A stretch of DNA of 64,000 bases from an uncultured Gemmatimonadales bacterium. Its GTDB lineage: Bacteria > Gemmatimonadota > Gemmatimonadetes > Gemmatimonadales > GWC2-71-9. The position numbers were made by a program, and so were the translations under genes. This document shows positions 45,616 through 56,618 of the stretch, piece by piece. Below the pieces are notes generated by a model. The model was not told the DNA's origin and did not search any database. It was given only the letters and a program-made list of their open reading frames with translations. The stretch is taken from contig CAVXIN010000005.1 in assembly GCA_963761885.1 (NCBI GenBank), positions 55,734-119,733 on the forward strand. The letters run 5' to 3'. Each line of letters begins with the position of its first letter. Position 1 is the first letter of the stretch.

Positions 45616-47201
45616 AGACCGGTCTCTCCCAGCACACGAGTCTCCGCCAGGAGCTGCGGGTCAATCCGCGGCTCTATCAGGCGATGGACATGCTGTACAT
45701 GCCCATGATGGACCTGCAGCAGCACCTGAAGCAGGAGCTGCTCTCCAACCCGTTCCTCGAGCTGCTCGAGCCCGAGGAGGAGACGCCGGAGCAGAAGGAC
45801 TCCGAGCAGGAGAAGGAGCAGAAGGAGAAGGAAGAGGAGATGGACTGGGAGGAGATCCTGCTCAACGGGTTCGAGGTCGGCGGCACCCGCGAGCAGTTCG
45901 AGCAGCTGGAGTACACCGAGCCGGTGACGGTCGAGACCAAAGACCTCATCGACCACCTGCGCGAGCAGCTGCAGATGCTGACGCTGAACCCCCGGCAACT
46001 GCTGCTGGCGGAGGAGTTCCTCGGCAACATCAACGAGGAGGGTTACCTCGCGGCTTCGGTGGAGGAGATCCGCGCGTCCGTGAATCAGCTGGTCGCCGCA
46101 CACGTGCGGCGGTCTGCTCCCGATGAGGACGGCGAGGGTCCCGGCGCCGAGCTCGACACCGAGGCGGTCACCGCCGAATTCGAGCCGGCGGCGCTGATCG
46201 GCGTGGTCGAGGATCCCATCGACGGAGCGCCACTCGAAGAGAACGTCCCGCTCCCGGAGGACCTGCCCTCCCCGCCGTATTACTCGGTGGCCGAGATGGA
46301 GGAGATGCTCGGCGTCATCCAGAAGCTCGATCCACCAGGCATCGGGGCCCGCGACCTGCGCGAGTGCCTCCTGATCCAGTTGCGCGAGGACAAGGACGTC
46401 GACTCCCTGACGTTCCGGCTGGTGGATGAGGCGTTCTCCGACCTGATCGCACACCGCTGGAACGATCTCGCCAAGCGGTTCGGCGTGGACCCTGCGGGGG
46501 TGCAGGGTGCTGCCGACGGCCTCGCGCGGCTCGACCCCAAACCCGGCCTCAAGTACGCCAATCAGAACGACGGGTACATCATCCCCGACCTGATCGTCGA
46601 GAAGATCGGCACCCGCTATCAGGTCTTCCTGAACGACACCGGGATGCCGAGGCTCCGGCTGAGCCGCTCCTATCAGGAGATCGCGCGGGACAAGAAGAAG
46701 ATGACGCCGGAGAACCGCGAGTTCATCGCCTCCAAGATGAACAGCGCGAACTGGATGATTCAGGCGATCGAGCAGCGGCGCCAGACCATGCTGAAGGTGA
46801 TGAACTTCATCGTCGACCGGCAGCGCGACTTCTTCGAGAAGGGAATCGAGTACCTGAAGCCGCTCACCCTGCGCGAGGTGGCCGAGGTCATCAACATGCA
46901 CGAGTCGACGGTGAGCCGGGTGACCAACGAGAAATACGTGCAGACGCCGCGCGGCGTGCTCCCGCTCAAGTTCTTCTTCTCCAGCGCACTCGCCACGGCC
47001 TCCGGCGAAGAGGCGAGCGCGCGGTCCATCCGCGCCAAGCTGCAGAAGATGGTCGGCGACGAGGACAGCGGGAAGCCGCTCACCGACCAGCAGATCGTCC
47101 ATCTCTTCCAGGAGCAGGGCATCCAGATCGCTCGGCGCACGGTGGCCAAGTACCGGGACCAGTTGGGGATCCTGCCGGCGCGCATGCGGAAGCGCGTATG
47201 A
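45612..47201 (+). CDS. rpoN: RNA polymerase sigma-54 factor
   Basis: Region I ([27 protein letters not shown]), acidic region II, C-terminal HTH (..[20 protein letters not shown]..) and RpoN box ARRTVAKYR; intact 529 aa. Confidence 0.95.
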   Translation: MKTGLSQHTSLRQELRVNPRLYQAMDMLYMPMMDLQQHLKQELLSNPFLELLEPEEETPEQKDSEQEKEQKEKEEEMDWEEILLNGFEVGGTREQFEQLEYTEPVTVETKDLIDHLREQLQMLTLNPRQLLLAEEFLGNINEEGYLAASVEEIRASVNQLVAAHVRRSAPDEDGEGPGAELDTEAVTAEFEPAALIGVVEDPIDGAPLEENVPLPEDLPSPPYYSVAEMEEMLGVIQKLDPPGIGARDLRECLLIQLREDKDVDSLTFRLVDEAFSDLIAHRWNDLAKRFGVDPAGVQGAADGLARLDPKPGLKYANQNDGYIIPDLIVEKIGTRYQVFLNDTGMPRLRLSRSYQEIARDKKKMTPENREFIASKMNSANWMIQAIEQRRQTMLKVMNFIVDRQRDFFEKGIEYLKPLTLREVAEVINMHESTVSRVTNEKYVQTPRGVLPLKFFFSSALATASGEEASARSIRAKLQKMVGDEDSGKPLTDQQIVHLFQEQGIQIARRTVAKYRDQLGILPARMRKRV

Positions 47202-48151
47202 CCCTTCCCGCCGAGGCGCTGGATGTCAGCGTCCTCGTACCGGCCAAGGACGAGGCACCCAATCTTCCCGAGTTCGTCCGGCTCTGCGCCGAGGCCCTCG
47301 TCCCGGCCGGGTTCTCCTTCGAAGTGGTGATCGTGAATGACGGCTCCCGTGACGACAGCGCGCGCGTCCTGCGCGACCTCGAGCGGGAGTACTCGTTCCT
47401 GCGCGTCGTCACCCACCGGCGGCAGCGCGGCATCGCCGATGCGCTGCGGTCCGCCGGCGACATGGCGCGAGGCGACATCTTCGTTTTCTACCCGGCCGAC
47501 CTGCAGTATCTCCCCGCCGACATCCCCGGCCTGGTGGCGCCCATCCTGCAGGGCCGCGCCGACATCGTGACGGGCACCAAGCAAGGCAAGTACGAGCGCG
47601 CCTTCGTCTCACGGGTCTACAACGCGCTCTGCCGCTGGCTCTTCGGGGTGCGGGTCACCGATCTCAATTCGGTCAAGGCCTACCGGCGGGAAGTGATGCT
47701 GAACGTGCCGCTCCGCCCGGACTGGCACCGCTATATGGTGGTGATCGCCGCGGCCGACGGCTTCAGGCTCGACGCGCTGCCGGTGCCGCTGTACCCGCGC
47801 AAGGCGGGGATCTCGAAATTCAACTGGCGCCGGATCCCGGTCGGCGTCTTCGATCTGGTATCGGTCTGGTTCCAGCTCCGCTTCGGCCGCAAGCCCATGC
47901 TCTTCTTCGGCGTGGTCGGCGCGGTGCTGTTCCTCATCGGTCTGGCCGCCGGCATCACCGCGCTGGTGCTCCGCTTCGGGTACGGCATCGGCCTCCGCCC
48001 GCTCCTCAATCTGGTCGAGACCATGGTCATCAGCGGTATCGTCCTCTTCGGCTTCGGCCTCCTGGGGGAGATGATCGCCGGGATCCAGGAGGAGACCCGC
48101 GAGGTGGCGCGGACCCTCGCCCGCCTGGATAAACTCGACGTGCGGGATTGA
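47198..48151 (+). CDS. family-2 glycosyltransferase with C-terminal TM hairpin (GtrB/CsbB/ArnC-like polyprenyl-phosphate glycosyltransferase)
   Basis: ..VSVLVPAKDEAPNLP..NDGSRDDS..FYPADLQY.. plus two C-terminal helices (MLFFGVVGAVLFLIGLAAGI; ETMVISGIVLFGFGLLGEMI). The ATG overlaps the rpoN stop (ATGA 47198-47201). Confidence 0.7.
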   Translation: MTLPAEALDVSVLVPAKDEAPNLPEFVRLCAEALVPAGFSFEVVIVNDGSRDDSARVLRDLEREYSFLRVVTHRRQRGIADALRSAGDMARGDIFVFYPADLQYLPADIPGLVAPILQGRADIVTGTKQGKYERAFVSRVYNALCRWLFGVRVTDLNSVKAYRREVMLNVPLRPDWHRYMVVIAAADGFRLDALPVPLYPRKAGISKFNWRRIPVGVFDLVSVWFQLRFGRKPMLFFGVVGAVLFLIGLAAGITALVLRFGYGIGLRPLLNLVETMVISGIVLFGFGLLGEMIAGIQEETREVARTLARLDKLDVRD

Positions 48152-48154
48152 GCG

Positions 48155-49299
48155 GTGCGGGTAGTCTTCCTCACGCATAACTATCCTCGGTGGGCGGGCG
48201 ACGTGTCGGGTGGCTTCCTCGCCACGCTCGCCACGGCGCTGTCGCGCCGGGGCCATGCCGTCCGTGTCGTGGCGCCGAGCGACGAGGGCAGGGGAGGCGA
48301 GGACGAGCTGGACGGCATCCCGGTGCGCCGGGTGCGCTACGCGCCGGCGGCCGCCGAAACCCTCGCCTATCGCGGCACCATGCAGGCCGCGCTCAAGGCG
48401 CCAACCGGACTGGGTGCGCTCGCCGGGCTCTGGCGCGCGCTCCGCCGCGCGGCCCGCGAGGAGGCCGAGGCCGGCGCCGAGGTCTTCCATGCGCATTGGT
48501 GGGTGCCCGGCGGCATGGCGCTGCCCAAGGACGCGCCGAGCGTGCTCACCGTACACGGTACCGACGCAGCACTGCTCCGGCGCTCCCGCATCGCCCGCAC
48601 GCTCGCGCGGCCGGTGTTCCGGCGCGCCAACGTGGTGACCGCGGTCTCTCGCGAGCTGGCCGCCTGGGTCCAGACCCATACCGGCCGGTTCGTGGACCCC
48701 GGTCACGTGCAGCCGATGCCGGTGGACAGCCGCAACCATCCCTGGTCCACCGGGGGCGGCGGCGCCGTCGTCATCGCGCGCCTCACCGCTCAGAAGCGGG
48801 TGGGCCTGGCGATCGAGACGGTGGCATTCCTCGCCTCCTGCGGCCACGAGATGCCGCTGACGGTCGTGGGCGACGGTCCGGAGCGCGCCGCGCTCGAGAA
48901 ACTGGTCGAGAAGCTCGGCGTCACGGCCTTCGTCCGATTCACCGGGGCGGTCTCGGCAAGTGAGGTTCCCGGCGTATCTGGCGCAGGCGGATCTCATGAT
49001 CTTTCCCGCGCAGGGGGAGGGCTTCGGACTGGTCGCCGCGGAGGCGCTTGATGGCGGGGGTGCCTGTGGTGGCGTGCTGGGACGGCGGCGGGGTCCTCGA
49101 CATCGTCCCGCCCACCGGCGCGGGCCGCCTCACCCTCCCGTCTCCCGAGGCCATGGGTGACGCGATCCTCGGGCTGCTCGCGGAGCACGACCATCGCGAC
49201 ATGGCGCGGCTCGTGGGGGAGTCGTGGCGCGCGCGGCTCAATCCCGATCACGTGGCCGAGGCATGCGAAGGCTGGTATCGCGAGGCCGTGGGTGGGTGA
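48155..49299 (+). pseudogene. GT-B (family 4-like) glycosyltransferase, 2 frame breaks
   Basis: MRVVFLTHNYPRWAGDVSGGFLATLATAL..HAHWWVPGG... After ~48955: PAYLAQADLMIFPAQGEGFGLVAAEAL (the E-x7-E region). After ~49050: MAGVPVVACWDGGG... Stop is TGA 49297-49299. Confidence 0.7.
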
Positions 49300-50215
49300 T
49301 CGCCGGCTCCGCGTCCTGCAGGCGGTGCTCGGTGTCGCGATCATCGGCTTCGCGGCCCGGTCGCTCGCCCGGAATTGGGAGCAGCTCCGGGTTCAGTCGC
49401 TGGACTGGAAGGTCGAGCCCGGCTGGATCCTCCTGAGCGCGGTGGTGACCTGGCTGATGTATGCGCTGCTGATCCTCGCGTGGCGCCGGATGCTCACCGC
49501 CTGGGGACGGGGCCTCGACCTCTGGTCGGCCAGCCGAATCTGGACCGTGTCGAGTCTGGGCAAGTACGTCCCCGGGAAGGTCTGGGCGGTTGCCGGGATG
49601 GCGATGATGGCGCAGCAGGCCGGCGTCGGGGCGGGGGCCGCGACCGGCTCGGCGGTGATCCTGCAGGTCCTGGCGATCGGCACCGGCGCGGCCGTCGCGG
49701 CCGCGACTGGGTGGACCGTTCTCGGGAATACCTATCCCGGGGCCACGACCGGTCTGCTCGCTCTTCTCGTTGCCTCCCTCGCCGCAATCGGACTCGTGCT
49801 CTGGCCGCCGCTGATCAGCCGCGTGCTCCGACTGGCCGCGCCGCAGGCGGGGCCGATCGCGCCGCCGGTCGGCGCGGTCGCGTTCGGGATCGTCGCGAAC
49901 ACCGTCGCATGGCTCGGCTACGGACTGGCGCTCTGGCTGCTCGCACGCGGACTGCTGCCGGGTGCCGGGCTGGGCCTGCTGTCTTCGATTGCGGTGTTCA
50001 CGGTGTCGTATCTGGCCGGCTTTCTGGCGCTGTTCGCGCCAGGTGGGATCGGCGTTCGGGAGAGTGTATTCATTCTCATGTTACAGGGACCCATCGGCAT
50101 CGGCGCCGCCACGGCGCTCGCGATCGCCTCCCGGCTCCTGTTGACCGTGACCGAGCTCGGCGCTGCGGTTCCGTTCCTCATGGCCCCGCGCGGGAGAGCC
50201 CGTGTCGCCCACTGA
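49292..50215 (+). CDS. flippase-like polytopic membrane protein (lysyl-PG synthase TM-region / UPF0104-like)
   Basis: About 8 predicted helices. ..SLGKYVPGKVWAVAGMAMM.. and ..FAPGGIGVRESVFILML.. are motifs I associate with this family. GTG 49292 overlaps the upstream stop. Confidence 0.5.
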   Translation: MGDRRLRVLQAVLGVAIIGFAARSLARNWEQLRVQSLDWKVEPGWILLSAVVTWLMYALLILAWRRMLTAWGRGLDLWSASRIWTVSSLGKYVPGKVWAVAGMAMMAQQAGVGAGAATGSAVILQVLAIGTGAAVAAATGWTVLGNTYPGATTGLLALLVASLAAIGLVLWPPLISRVLRLAAPQAGPIAPPVGAVAFGIVANTVAWLGYGLALWLLARGLLPGAGLGLLSSIAVFTVSYLAGFLALFAPGGIGVRESVFILMLQGPIGIGAATALAIASRLLLTVTELGAAVPFLMAPRGRARVAH

Positions 50216-52542
50216 CGAAGCTCAAGTATCACTTGAACCACCGTACCCCAACCTGCTGGCATTTGGTGTCTTCGTATTAGCAGCGCTGACGCTATGCTGG
50301 CCCATCCTCGCGGGCCGCTTCCTGCTCGGCGACGACCAGTACGTGGCCGGCTACAGCTTTCGGCTCTACGGCGCCGAGATGTTTCGCGAGACCGGCGCCA
50401 TCCCTCAATGGAATCCGTATCTGTTCGGGGGCCTGCCGTTCATCGCCGCGATGCATGGCGACATCTTCTATCCCACCGCCTGGCTGCGCTGGATCCTGCC
50501 GGTGGATCTCGGCATGAGCCTGGGCCTCGCGCTCCACCTGATCCTGGCCGGATGCGCGATGTACCTCTTCCTCCGTGCCCTCAGGCTGGAGTGGACCGCC
50601 TCGCTCGTGGGCGGACTCGCCTATGAGCTCACGGGGATCGTCGCGTCTCTCGTGAAGCCCGGTCACGATGGCAAGCTGTTCGTGTCGGCCCTCGCCCCGC
50701 TGGCACTCCTCGCCCTTCTCAAGGCGATCCGCGGTCGCAACCCGGCGGGGTACGCGCTCTTCGCGCTGACGGTCGGCCTCACCATCCTCAGCCCGCAGTT
50801 CCAGATGGCGTACTACCTGCTCGTGGCCTGCGGCATCTGGACCGTCTACCTCACCTTCTTCGACCCCGAGCGGCCACGGGAGACGCGCTGGCCCGTCGCG
50901 CTTGGTCTCGCCCTGGCGGCGGTCGTGCTCGGTGTGGGGGTCGCGGCGATTCAGATGCTCCCATTCCTGGCCTACGTGCCGTTCTCGCCGCGCGGTGAAG
51001 GCGGACCCAGCGGTGGGTGGGAGTACGCCATAGCGTATTCCATGCCGCCGGAGGAAGTGCTCACCACGATTCTGCCGCAGTTCAACGGCGTGCTGCAAAA
51101 GTATTGGGGCCGCAACTTCTTCAAGCTGCACACCGAGTATCTCGGGGCCGCGGTGGTCGCGCTGGCCGTGATCGGGGTGGGGGCTCGGAGCCGGCGAAGG
51201 CTGGTCCAGGTGCTGGGAGCCATCGCGGTACTGTTCCTCCTCATCTCGCTCGGCGGTCACACGCCGTTCTATCGGCTGTGGTACGAGGTGATGCCGATGA
51301 TGAAGAAGGTGCGAGCGCCGGGCATGGCGTTCTATCTCGTGGCGCTCCCGGTGTGCGTCTACGCCGCGTTCGGCGTCGAGCGGCTGCTTCGTCGCGACGT
51401 GTCGCTGCGTGCCCTGATGACGCCGCTGGGGGTGCTGGGAGGCGTGGCCCTCCTCGGCGCCACCGGCGTGCTCGAGAGCGTAGCCACGCTGCTGGCGTCC
51501 CCGGAGCAGGCGCCGAGAGTGCTGGCGAATGCCCCGGACTTGCGGAGCGGGAGGCCTCCGGCTGCTGGTGGTCGTCGCGCTGACCGGCGCCGCGTTCTGG
51601 GCGGTGTGGACCGGCAGGATCCGCGGCGCTTCGGCGGCGGGGGCACTCGCGATCATCACGGTGGGCGACCTCTGGACCATCGACCGCCGGTTCTTCGACT
51701 TCAAGCCGCCCGCGGCGGAGCTCTTTGCCGACGACCCGGTCACCTCCGTGCTTCGGCAGGAGCCACCCCCGTTCCGGGTGCTCGACGCCGGCGTCTATCC
51801 CGGCGCGGTGCTCATGGCGTCGCGGATCCAGACCGTGCTAGGCTATCACGGCGTCGAGGTGCGCTACTACGACGAGCTGCTCGGCGGCAAGAACGAGTGG
51901 CGCAATCTGGGGAACCCGACCCTGCACGACCTGCTCGCCGTCCGCTACCTCGTCCTGCCGGACACCCAGACAGTGCCGGGCTTCCAACAGGTCGCCGGGC
52001 CCGTCGCCACGAACCACGGAGCGACCGCGGTGCTGTACCGCCGTGACACGGCGCCGGACTACGTCCGAATCGTGCCGGCCGCCGCCAAACTGCCCGATGA
52101 CCAACTCGTCCCGACGGTTCTCGATCCCCGCTTTCCACGCAACGGCGTGGTCGTCGTTTCGGACACGGCCTCGCTGTCGCCGGCCCCCATCCGCACCGGT
52201 GGTGCGGACACCACGGCCGTCAGGGCGACGCTCGCCGAGTGGAAGCCCGGCGACATGCGTGTGACATTGTCGGGCAGCGACACCAGGCCCACCTACCTGC
52301 TGGTCAGCGAGACGTGGTACAAGGACTGGGTCGCGACGATCGACGGGAAGCCGGCGCCGGTCTACCGCGGCGACCACGCCCTGCTCATGGTCGAGGTCCC
52401 GCCCGGCGCGCGCGAGGTGAGCCTGCGCTTCGAGTCGCCCGAATACGCCCGCGGCAAGCTGGTGAGCCTCCTGGCCCTCATCGCCATCGCCGGGTTGTAC
52501 GGCGGAACCCTCGCGGCGCGCCGGCGAGGCGCTCATGTCTGA
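50202..52542 (+). pseudogene. large GT-C-like polytopic membrane protein (YfhO-like), one frame break
   Basis: The ~450-aa multi-helix N-terminus has an early periplasmic-loop acidic pair (LLGDDQYVAGYSF) and ..NPYLFGGLPFIAAMHGDIFYP... After ~51552 the frame shifts (GLRLLVVVALTGAAFWAVW..) into a ~300-aa soluble region and a final TM helix. Confidence 0.5.
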
Positions 52543-53254
52543 GCGGGCGCTGGTCGTGGTGCCGACCTACAACGAAGCCGTCAACCTTCCCCTGATCGTT
52601 CCTCAGATCCTGGTGCAGGACCAGCGTCTCGATGTGCTGGTCGTGGATGACAATTCTCCCGACGGCACCGGGCAAATGGCCGACGAGATGGCCGCCGCAA
52701 ATCCGCGCATCCACGTGATGCATCGGCCGGGCAAGGCCGGACTGGGCAAGGCCTACCTCGCCGGGTTCCGCTGGGCCCTGGAGCGGGACTACGAGTTCGT
52801 CTTCGAGATGGATGCGGACTTCAGCCACGATCCCCGGTTCCTGACGATCTTCCTTGACGCCGCGAAGGACGCGGACCTGGTCATCGGCTCGCGCTACAAG
52901 ACCGGCGTCAACGTCATCAACTGGCCGATCTCCCGGCTCCTGCTCTCGCTCGGCGCCAACCAGTACGCCCAATGGATCACCGGACTGCCGATCGTGGATT
53001 CCACCGGCGGCTTCAAGTGTTTTCGCCGCCGCGTGCTGGAGGCGATCGATTTCGAGCAGGTGCGATCCAACGGGTATTCCTTTCAGATCGAGATGAGCTT
53101 TCGGGCCTGGAAGAAGGGGTTCCGCCTGAAGGAGATCCCCATCGTGTTCACCGATCGCGTCGAAGGGCAGAGCAAGATGAACAAGCGGATCGTGCGGGAG
53201 GCCATCTGGATGGTCTGGTGGCTCCGGGCGAAGTCCCTGGTGGGCCAGCTGTGA
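52535..53254 (+). CDS. polyprenol-phosphate mannose/glucose synthase-like family-2 glycosyltransferase (Dpm1/Ppm1-like)
   Basis: ..LVVVPTYNEAVNLP..VVDDNSPDGTG..GLGKAYLAGF..EMDADFSHDP..GSRY..; 239 aa with no TM segment. Confidence 0.8.
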   Translation: MSERALVVVPTYNEAVNLPLIVPQILVQDQRLDVLVVDDNSPDGTGQMADEMAAANPRIHVMHRPGKAGLGKAYLAGFRWALERDYEFVFEMDADFSHDPRFLTIFLDAAKDADLVIGSRYKTGVNVINWPISRLLLSLGANQYAQWITGLPIVDSTGGFKCFRRRVLEAIDFEQVRSNGYSFQIEMSFRAWKKGFRLKEIPIVFTDRVEGQSKMNKRIVREAIWMVWWLRAKSLVGQL

Positions 53255-54079
53255 GAGGCACCGTCATCTACAAGATGACCGGCTCGGGCAACGATTTCGT
53301 GATGCTCGACGGCCGCTTCACGTCGGCGGAGCGCTGGCCGGCCACCCGCGTCGCCACGATCTGCGACCGGCGCTCCGGCGTGGGCGCCGACGGGCTGGTG
53401 ATCCTGACGCCGGACGGCCCGGGCCGGGTGCGGATGACGTACTGGAACTCGGACGGCTCGCGGGCGGCCATGTGCGGGAACGCGGCGCTCTGCAGCTCCA
53501 GGCTCGCCGTGTACCTCGAGCTCGCTCAGCCGGGCGACCTCTGCCTGCTGACGGACGCCGGTGTGATTCCGGCCCGCTGCGAGGGGGTGGGAGATGCCGC
53601 CGAGATCCGCCTTCCGGACGTGGAGCTGCCGGCCGAAGTACCCGACCTCGAGCCCGCCGAGGGAGAGCGCTGGCTGGCCTTCGGCACGGTGGGCGTGCCA
53701 CACCTGATCATCCGGGTGGACGATATCGAGGCGATCCAGGTACCGACTCGCGGCCGGGCACTCCGGTTCGACCGCTCGCCTGGGTGAGGCGGGCGCCAAC
53801 GTGAACTGGGTGGCCCCCGGGGTGTCGGCGGGAGACCCCTGGTCCATCCGGACCTACGAGCGTGGAGTCGAAGGCGAGACGCTGGCCTGCGGGACCGGAA
53901 CGGTGGCCGCCGCGATCGCCCTGGCGGGCCGAGGGGAGGTCACGCTGCCGCTGCGGTTCCGGAGCAGGGGAGGGCCGGAGCTGGTGGTCCGGGCGGAGCT
54001 GTCGGCAGGTCGGGCTCACGACGTCTGGCTGGGTGGTCAGGGCCGGCTGCTGTTTCGGGGGGTGTGGGAGGGTATCTGA
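53251..54079 (+). pseudogene. dapF: diaminopimelate epimerase, one frame break
   Basis: ..KMTGSGNDFVMLD..NSDGSRAAMCGNAA (first catalytic Cys). After ~53775: ..RLGEAGANVNWV..ERGVEGETLACGTGTVAAA (second catalytic Cys). Confidence 0.85.
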
Positions 54080-54230
54080 TCGCGGTCTTTTCCACGTTGG
54101 TAGCAAGTCTCCCAAGTCTAGCGGTGTCAATCAATTACAAGTCAGGGTACCGCTGAGCCAACCACTTCCCCACAGTTTTCCCCAGACCTACTTAACATAA
54201 CATATCTTATACGTCGTTGGCTGCAGGCAC

Positions 54231-54265
54231 GCGAAAGAGGGGTCCACTCGCCCCTCGTGGACCCC
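54231..54265 (-). terminator. candidate intrinsic terminator of the minus-strand TPR gene
   Basis: 9-bp GC stem GGGGTCCAC / GTGGACCCC (54239-54247 and 54257-54265) with a 9-nt loop. On the minus strand it is followed by TCTTTCGC (a short, imperfect U tract). Confidence 0.4.
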
Positions 54266-54301
54266 CGACCCCGGTGCTGACCGCGCGTCGCCCCGGACGA
54301 C

Positions 54302-54964
54302 CTACATCTTCCCGTCCGTCATCTCCGCCAGCCGAACCTGGGCCTCCGTGAAGCTCGCGCTCTTGGGGAGCTTCTGGATGACCTCGCGGTACGCTGCGGC
54401 GGCCTCCGCCGTCTTACCGGCTGACCGGTATGCGCGGCCGGCGTCGATCAGATACCGGGCCCGGAGGTAGTCCACATCGGCCGACTTGGAGGCGTTCGTA
54501 AATGCTTCCGCAGCCTCCCCCGGCCGCTTCGAGTTCTCCAGCGCGGTGCCCAGCAGCCCGTACGCGGGCGCCAGGTACTTCCGGGCCGGTTTCTTGGCTA
54601 TGAAGTCGCGGATCCCTACCGCCGCCAGCTCGCTCTGGCCGTTGACCATCCGGACCTGGTTCAGCGTGATGACCGCCTCGGTGGCCGCATCGGTGCCCCG
54701 GTAGGTGTCGATCAGGCGCTGGAGCTCGCTGGACGCCAGCGGGAGATTGCCGGCCTCCGCGGTAGCCCGCGCCTGGTTCAGACTGCGGGCGGCAAATTCC
54801 TCCTTGCGCCGCCCGCTGCTCACCACCAGCCATGCCACCACGCCGAGCAGCAACAGCCCCAGGGTCACCGCCCCGGCCAGTCGCCGCTTGTCGCGGTACC
54901 AGACCACCGTCGTTCCGTCCGCAGCCGATTGTCTTGCCGTCGAAGCTTCAACCATCGTTGCCAT
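54302..54964 (-). CDS. membrane-anchored TPR-like protein (YfgM-like architecture)
   Basis: MATMVEAST.., one TM helix (LAGAVTLGLLLLGVVAWLVVS), then Ala-rich TPR-like helices. I place the start at ATG 54964 because the longer track ORF would run into the tRNA. Confidence 0.5.
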   Translation of the reverse strand: MATMVEASTARQSAADGTTVVWYRDKRRLAGAVTLGLLLLGVVAWLVVSSGRRKEEFAARSLNQARATAEAGNLPLASSELQRLIDTYRGTDAATEAVITLNQVRMVNGQSELAAVGIRDFIAKKPARKYLAPAYGLLGTALENSKRPGEAAEAFTNASKSADVDYLRARYLIDAGRAYRSAGKTAEAAAAYREVIQKLPKSASFTEAQVRLAEMTDGKM

Positions 54965-55017
54965 GTCGAGTCGCAGGTGAAGTTGAAAAGAAGCCGGTCG
55001 AGCTGCCCACGTCCGAG

Positions 55018-55091
55018 TGCCCCCGGCGTGACTCGAACACGCGGCCAACAGTTTAGGAAACTGCTGCTCTATCCATCTGAGCTACGGGGGC
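55018..55091 (-). tRNA. tRNA-Arg (anticodon CCT)
   Basis: The reverse complement GCCCCCGTAGCTCAGATGGATAGAGCAGCAGTTTCCTAAACTGTTGGCCGCGTGTTCGAGTCACGCCGGGGGCA folds by hand into a full cloverleaf. It has a 7-bp acceptor stem, GCTC/GAGC D stem, anticodon loop TTCCTAA, GCGTG/CACGC T stem, TTCGAGT T loop and discriminator A. CCA is not encoded. Confidence 0.95.
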
Positions 55092-55157
55092 CGGGAGCCA
55101 CCTGCTCCGCAGCCTGTAAACATGCCATGCCGGGAGGTCTTCGGGCAACCCGCCCCT

Positions 55158-55694
55158 CTACACCGCCGTTACGACCTGGCACCGGGCGCCTTCGAGGCGC
55201 TCGCGCCCCTTGAGGACGGCGATCTCGAGCAGGAACGACCATCCTGCGACCTCCGCGCCCAGCTTGCGGGTCAACAACCCGGCGGCCCTCGCGGTGCCCC
55301 CGGTGGCCAGGACGTCGTCCACGATCAGTGCCCGGCTGCCCGATCCCAGCCCGTCGCGATGGCACTCCAGGGCGTCGGTGCCGTACTCCAGCGCGTATTC
55401 CTCGGTCACCCGCTCCCAAGGCAGCTTGCCGGGCTTCCGGACCGGGACGAAACCCGCTCCCAGCGCGGTCGCCACCGCGCCGCCGAGGATGAACCCTCGC
55501 GCCTCGATCCCCACCACGTGCGTCACGCCAGCCCGCGCAAAGGGATCGGCCAGCGCCTGGATGACGTCCCGCAGCAAGGGGCCGTCACCGAGCACCGGCG
55601 TGATGTCCTGAAAGAGGATGCCCGGCTTGGGATAGTCCTGGATCGGCCGCAGCGCTTCGCGGACTCGCTGCTCCACCGTCATCGTCGCGCTCAT
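55158..55694 (-). CDS. apt: adenine phosphoribosyltransferase
   Basis: ..[37 protein letters not shown] (PRPP loop); 178 aa. Confidence 0.9.
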   Translation of the reverse strand: MSATMTVEQRVREALRPIQDYPKPGILFQDITPVLGDGPLLRDVIQALADPFARAGVTHVVGIEARGFILGGAVATALGAGFVPVRKPGKLPWERVTEEYALEYGTDALECHRDGLGSGSRALIVDDVLATGGTARAAGLLTRKLGAEVAGWSFLLEIAVLKGRERLEGARCQVVTAV

Positions 55695-55963
55695 CGGATG
55701 TCGAAGCTCCTCGGGGATACGGTTTCGTCCACGTCGTCCTCGCGATCCAGCCGGTCCACCTTCGAATGGGCCGGTCCCGACCGCAGCAGCTCCTCCAGCC
55801 GGGTGAGCGCGGCCGGCTCCCCACCCGAGGCCACCACCTCGACTCGGCCGTCGGGGAGGTTCTGGGCATACCCGCCCAGACCGAGCGCACGCGCATGGCG
55901 CGCCACGAACCAGCGGAACCCGACGCCCTGTACCACACCCGTCACGAGAAACCTGGTCGTCAC
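55691..55963 (-). CDS. acyP: acylphosphatase
   Basis: [20 protein letters not shown].. signature; about 90 aa starting at a GTG. Overlaps the apt start and the dedA stop. Confidence 0.8.
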   Translation of the reverse strand: MTTRFLVTGVVQGVGFRWFVARHARALGLGGYAQNLPDGRVEVVASGGEPAALTRLEELLRSGPAHSKVDRLDREDDVDETVSPRSFDIR

Positions 55964-56601
55964 GCGGGCCGGCTCCTTCTCGCCTTGATCGCCTCGATCG
56001 CGATCGGCAGCACGGAGAGCGCGACGATCGCCAGGATCACCAGCGTGAAGTTCTTCTGTACCACCGGGATCGTGCCGAAGAAGTACCCGGCCGGCACGAA
56101 CAGCCCCACCCACAGAACGGCGCCGATGATGTTGTAGGTGATGAACTTCGAGTAACTCATCGCCCCGACGCCCGCCACGAACGGCGCAAAGGTCCGGATG
56201 ATGGGCACGAAGCGCGCAAGGATAATCGTCTTGCCGCCGTGCTTCTCATAGAACGCGTGGGTGCGGTCGAGGTAGTCCTTCCGCAGGAATCGCATGTTGC
56301 CGCTGAAGGCACGCGGCCCGATCCACGCCCCAACCCAATAGTTGACCGTGTCGCCCAGGATGGCGGCTCCGATCAGCAGTACGACGAGCAGACCGAGGTC
56401 CAGCGAGCCGAGGGCGGCGAAGGTGCCGGCGGCGAAGAGCAGCGAGTCGCCGGGCAGGAACGGTGTCACCACCAATCCCGTCTCGGCGAAGACGATGAGA
56501 AAGAGGATGAGGTGCGTCCAGACGCCGTAGTCGGCGATGACGCGACTCAGGTGCTGGTCGAGATGCAGGAACAGGTCGACGACGGACCGGAACAGATCCA
56601 T
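55960..56601 (-). CDS. DedA-family membrane protein
   Basis: ..[43 protein letters not shown]..; 213 aa. Confidence 0.85.
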   Translation of the reverse strand: MDLFRSVVDLFLHLDQHLSRVIADYGVWTHLILFLIVFAETGLVVTPFLPGDSLLFAAGTFAALGSLDLGLLVVLLIGAAILGDTVNYWVGAWIGPRAFSGNMRFLRKDYLDRTHAFYEKHGGKTIILARFVPIIRTFAPFVAGVGAMSYSKFITYNIIGAVLWVGLFVPAGYFFGTIPVVQKNFTLVILAIVALSVLPIAIEAIKARRSRPA

Positions 56602-56618
56602 GCCAAATCTCCGAAATG

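Noticed and set aside
54100-54180. A tRNA-like fragment (..TTGGCTCAGCGGTACCCTGACTTGTAAT.. on the minus strand) as a possible att-site remnant.
   Set aside because: It cannot be folded into acceptor, T or anticodon arms, has no TTCGA T-loop, and shows no similarity to the nearby tRNA-Arg(CCT).
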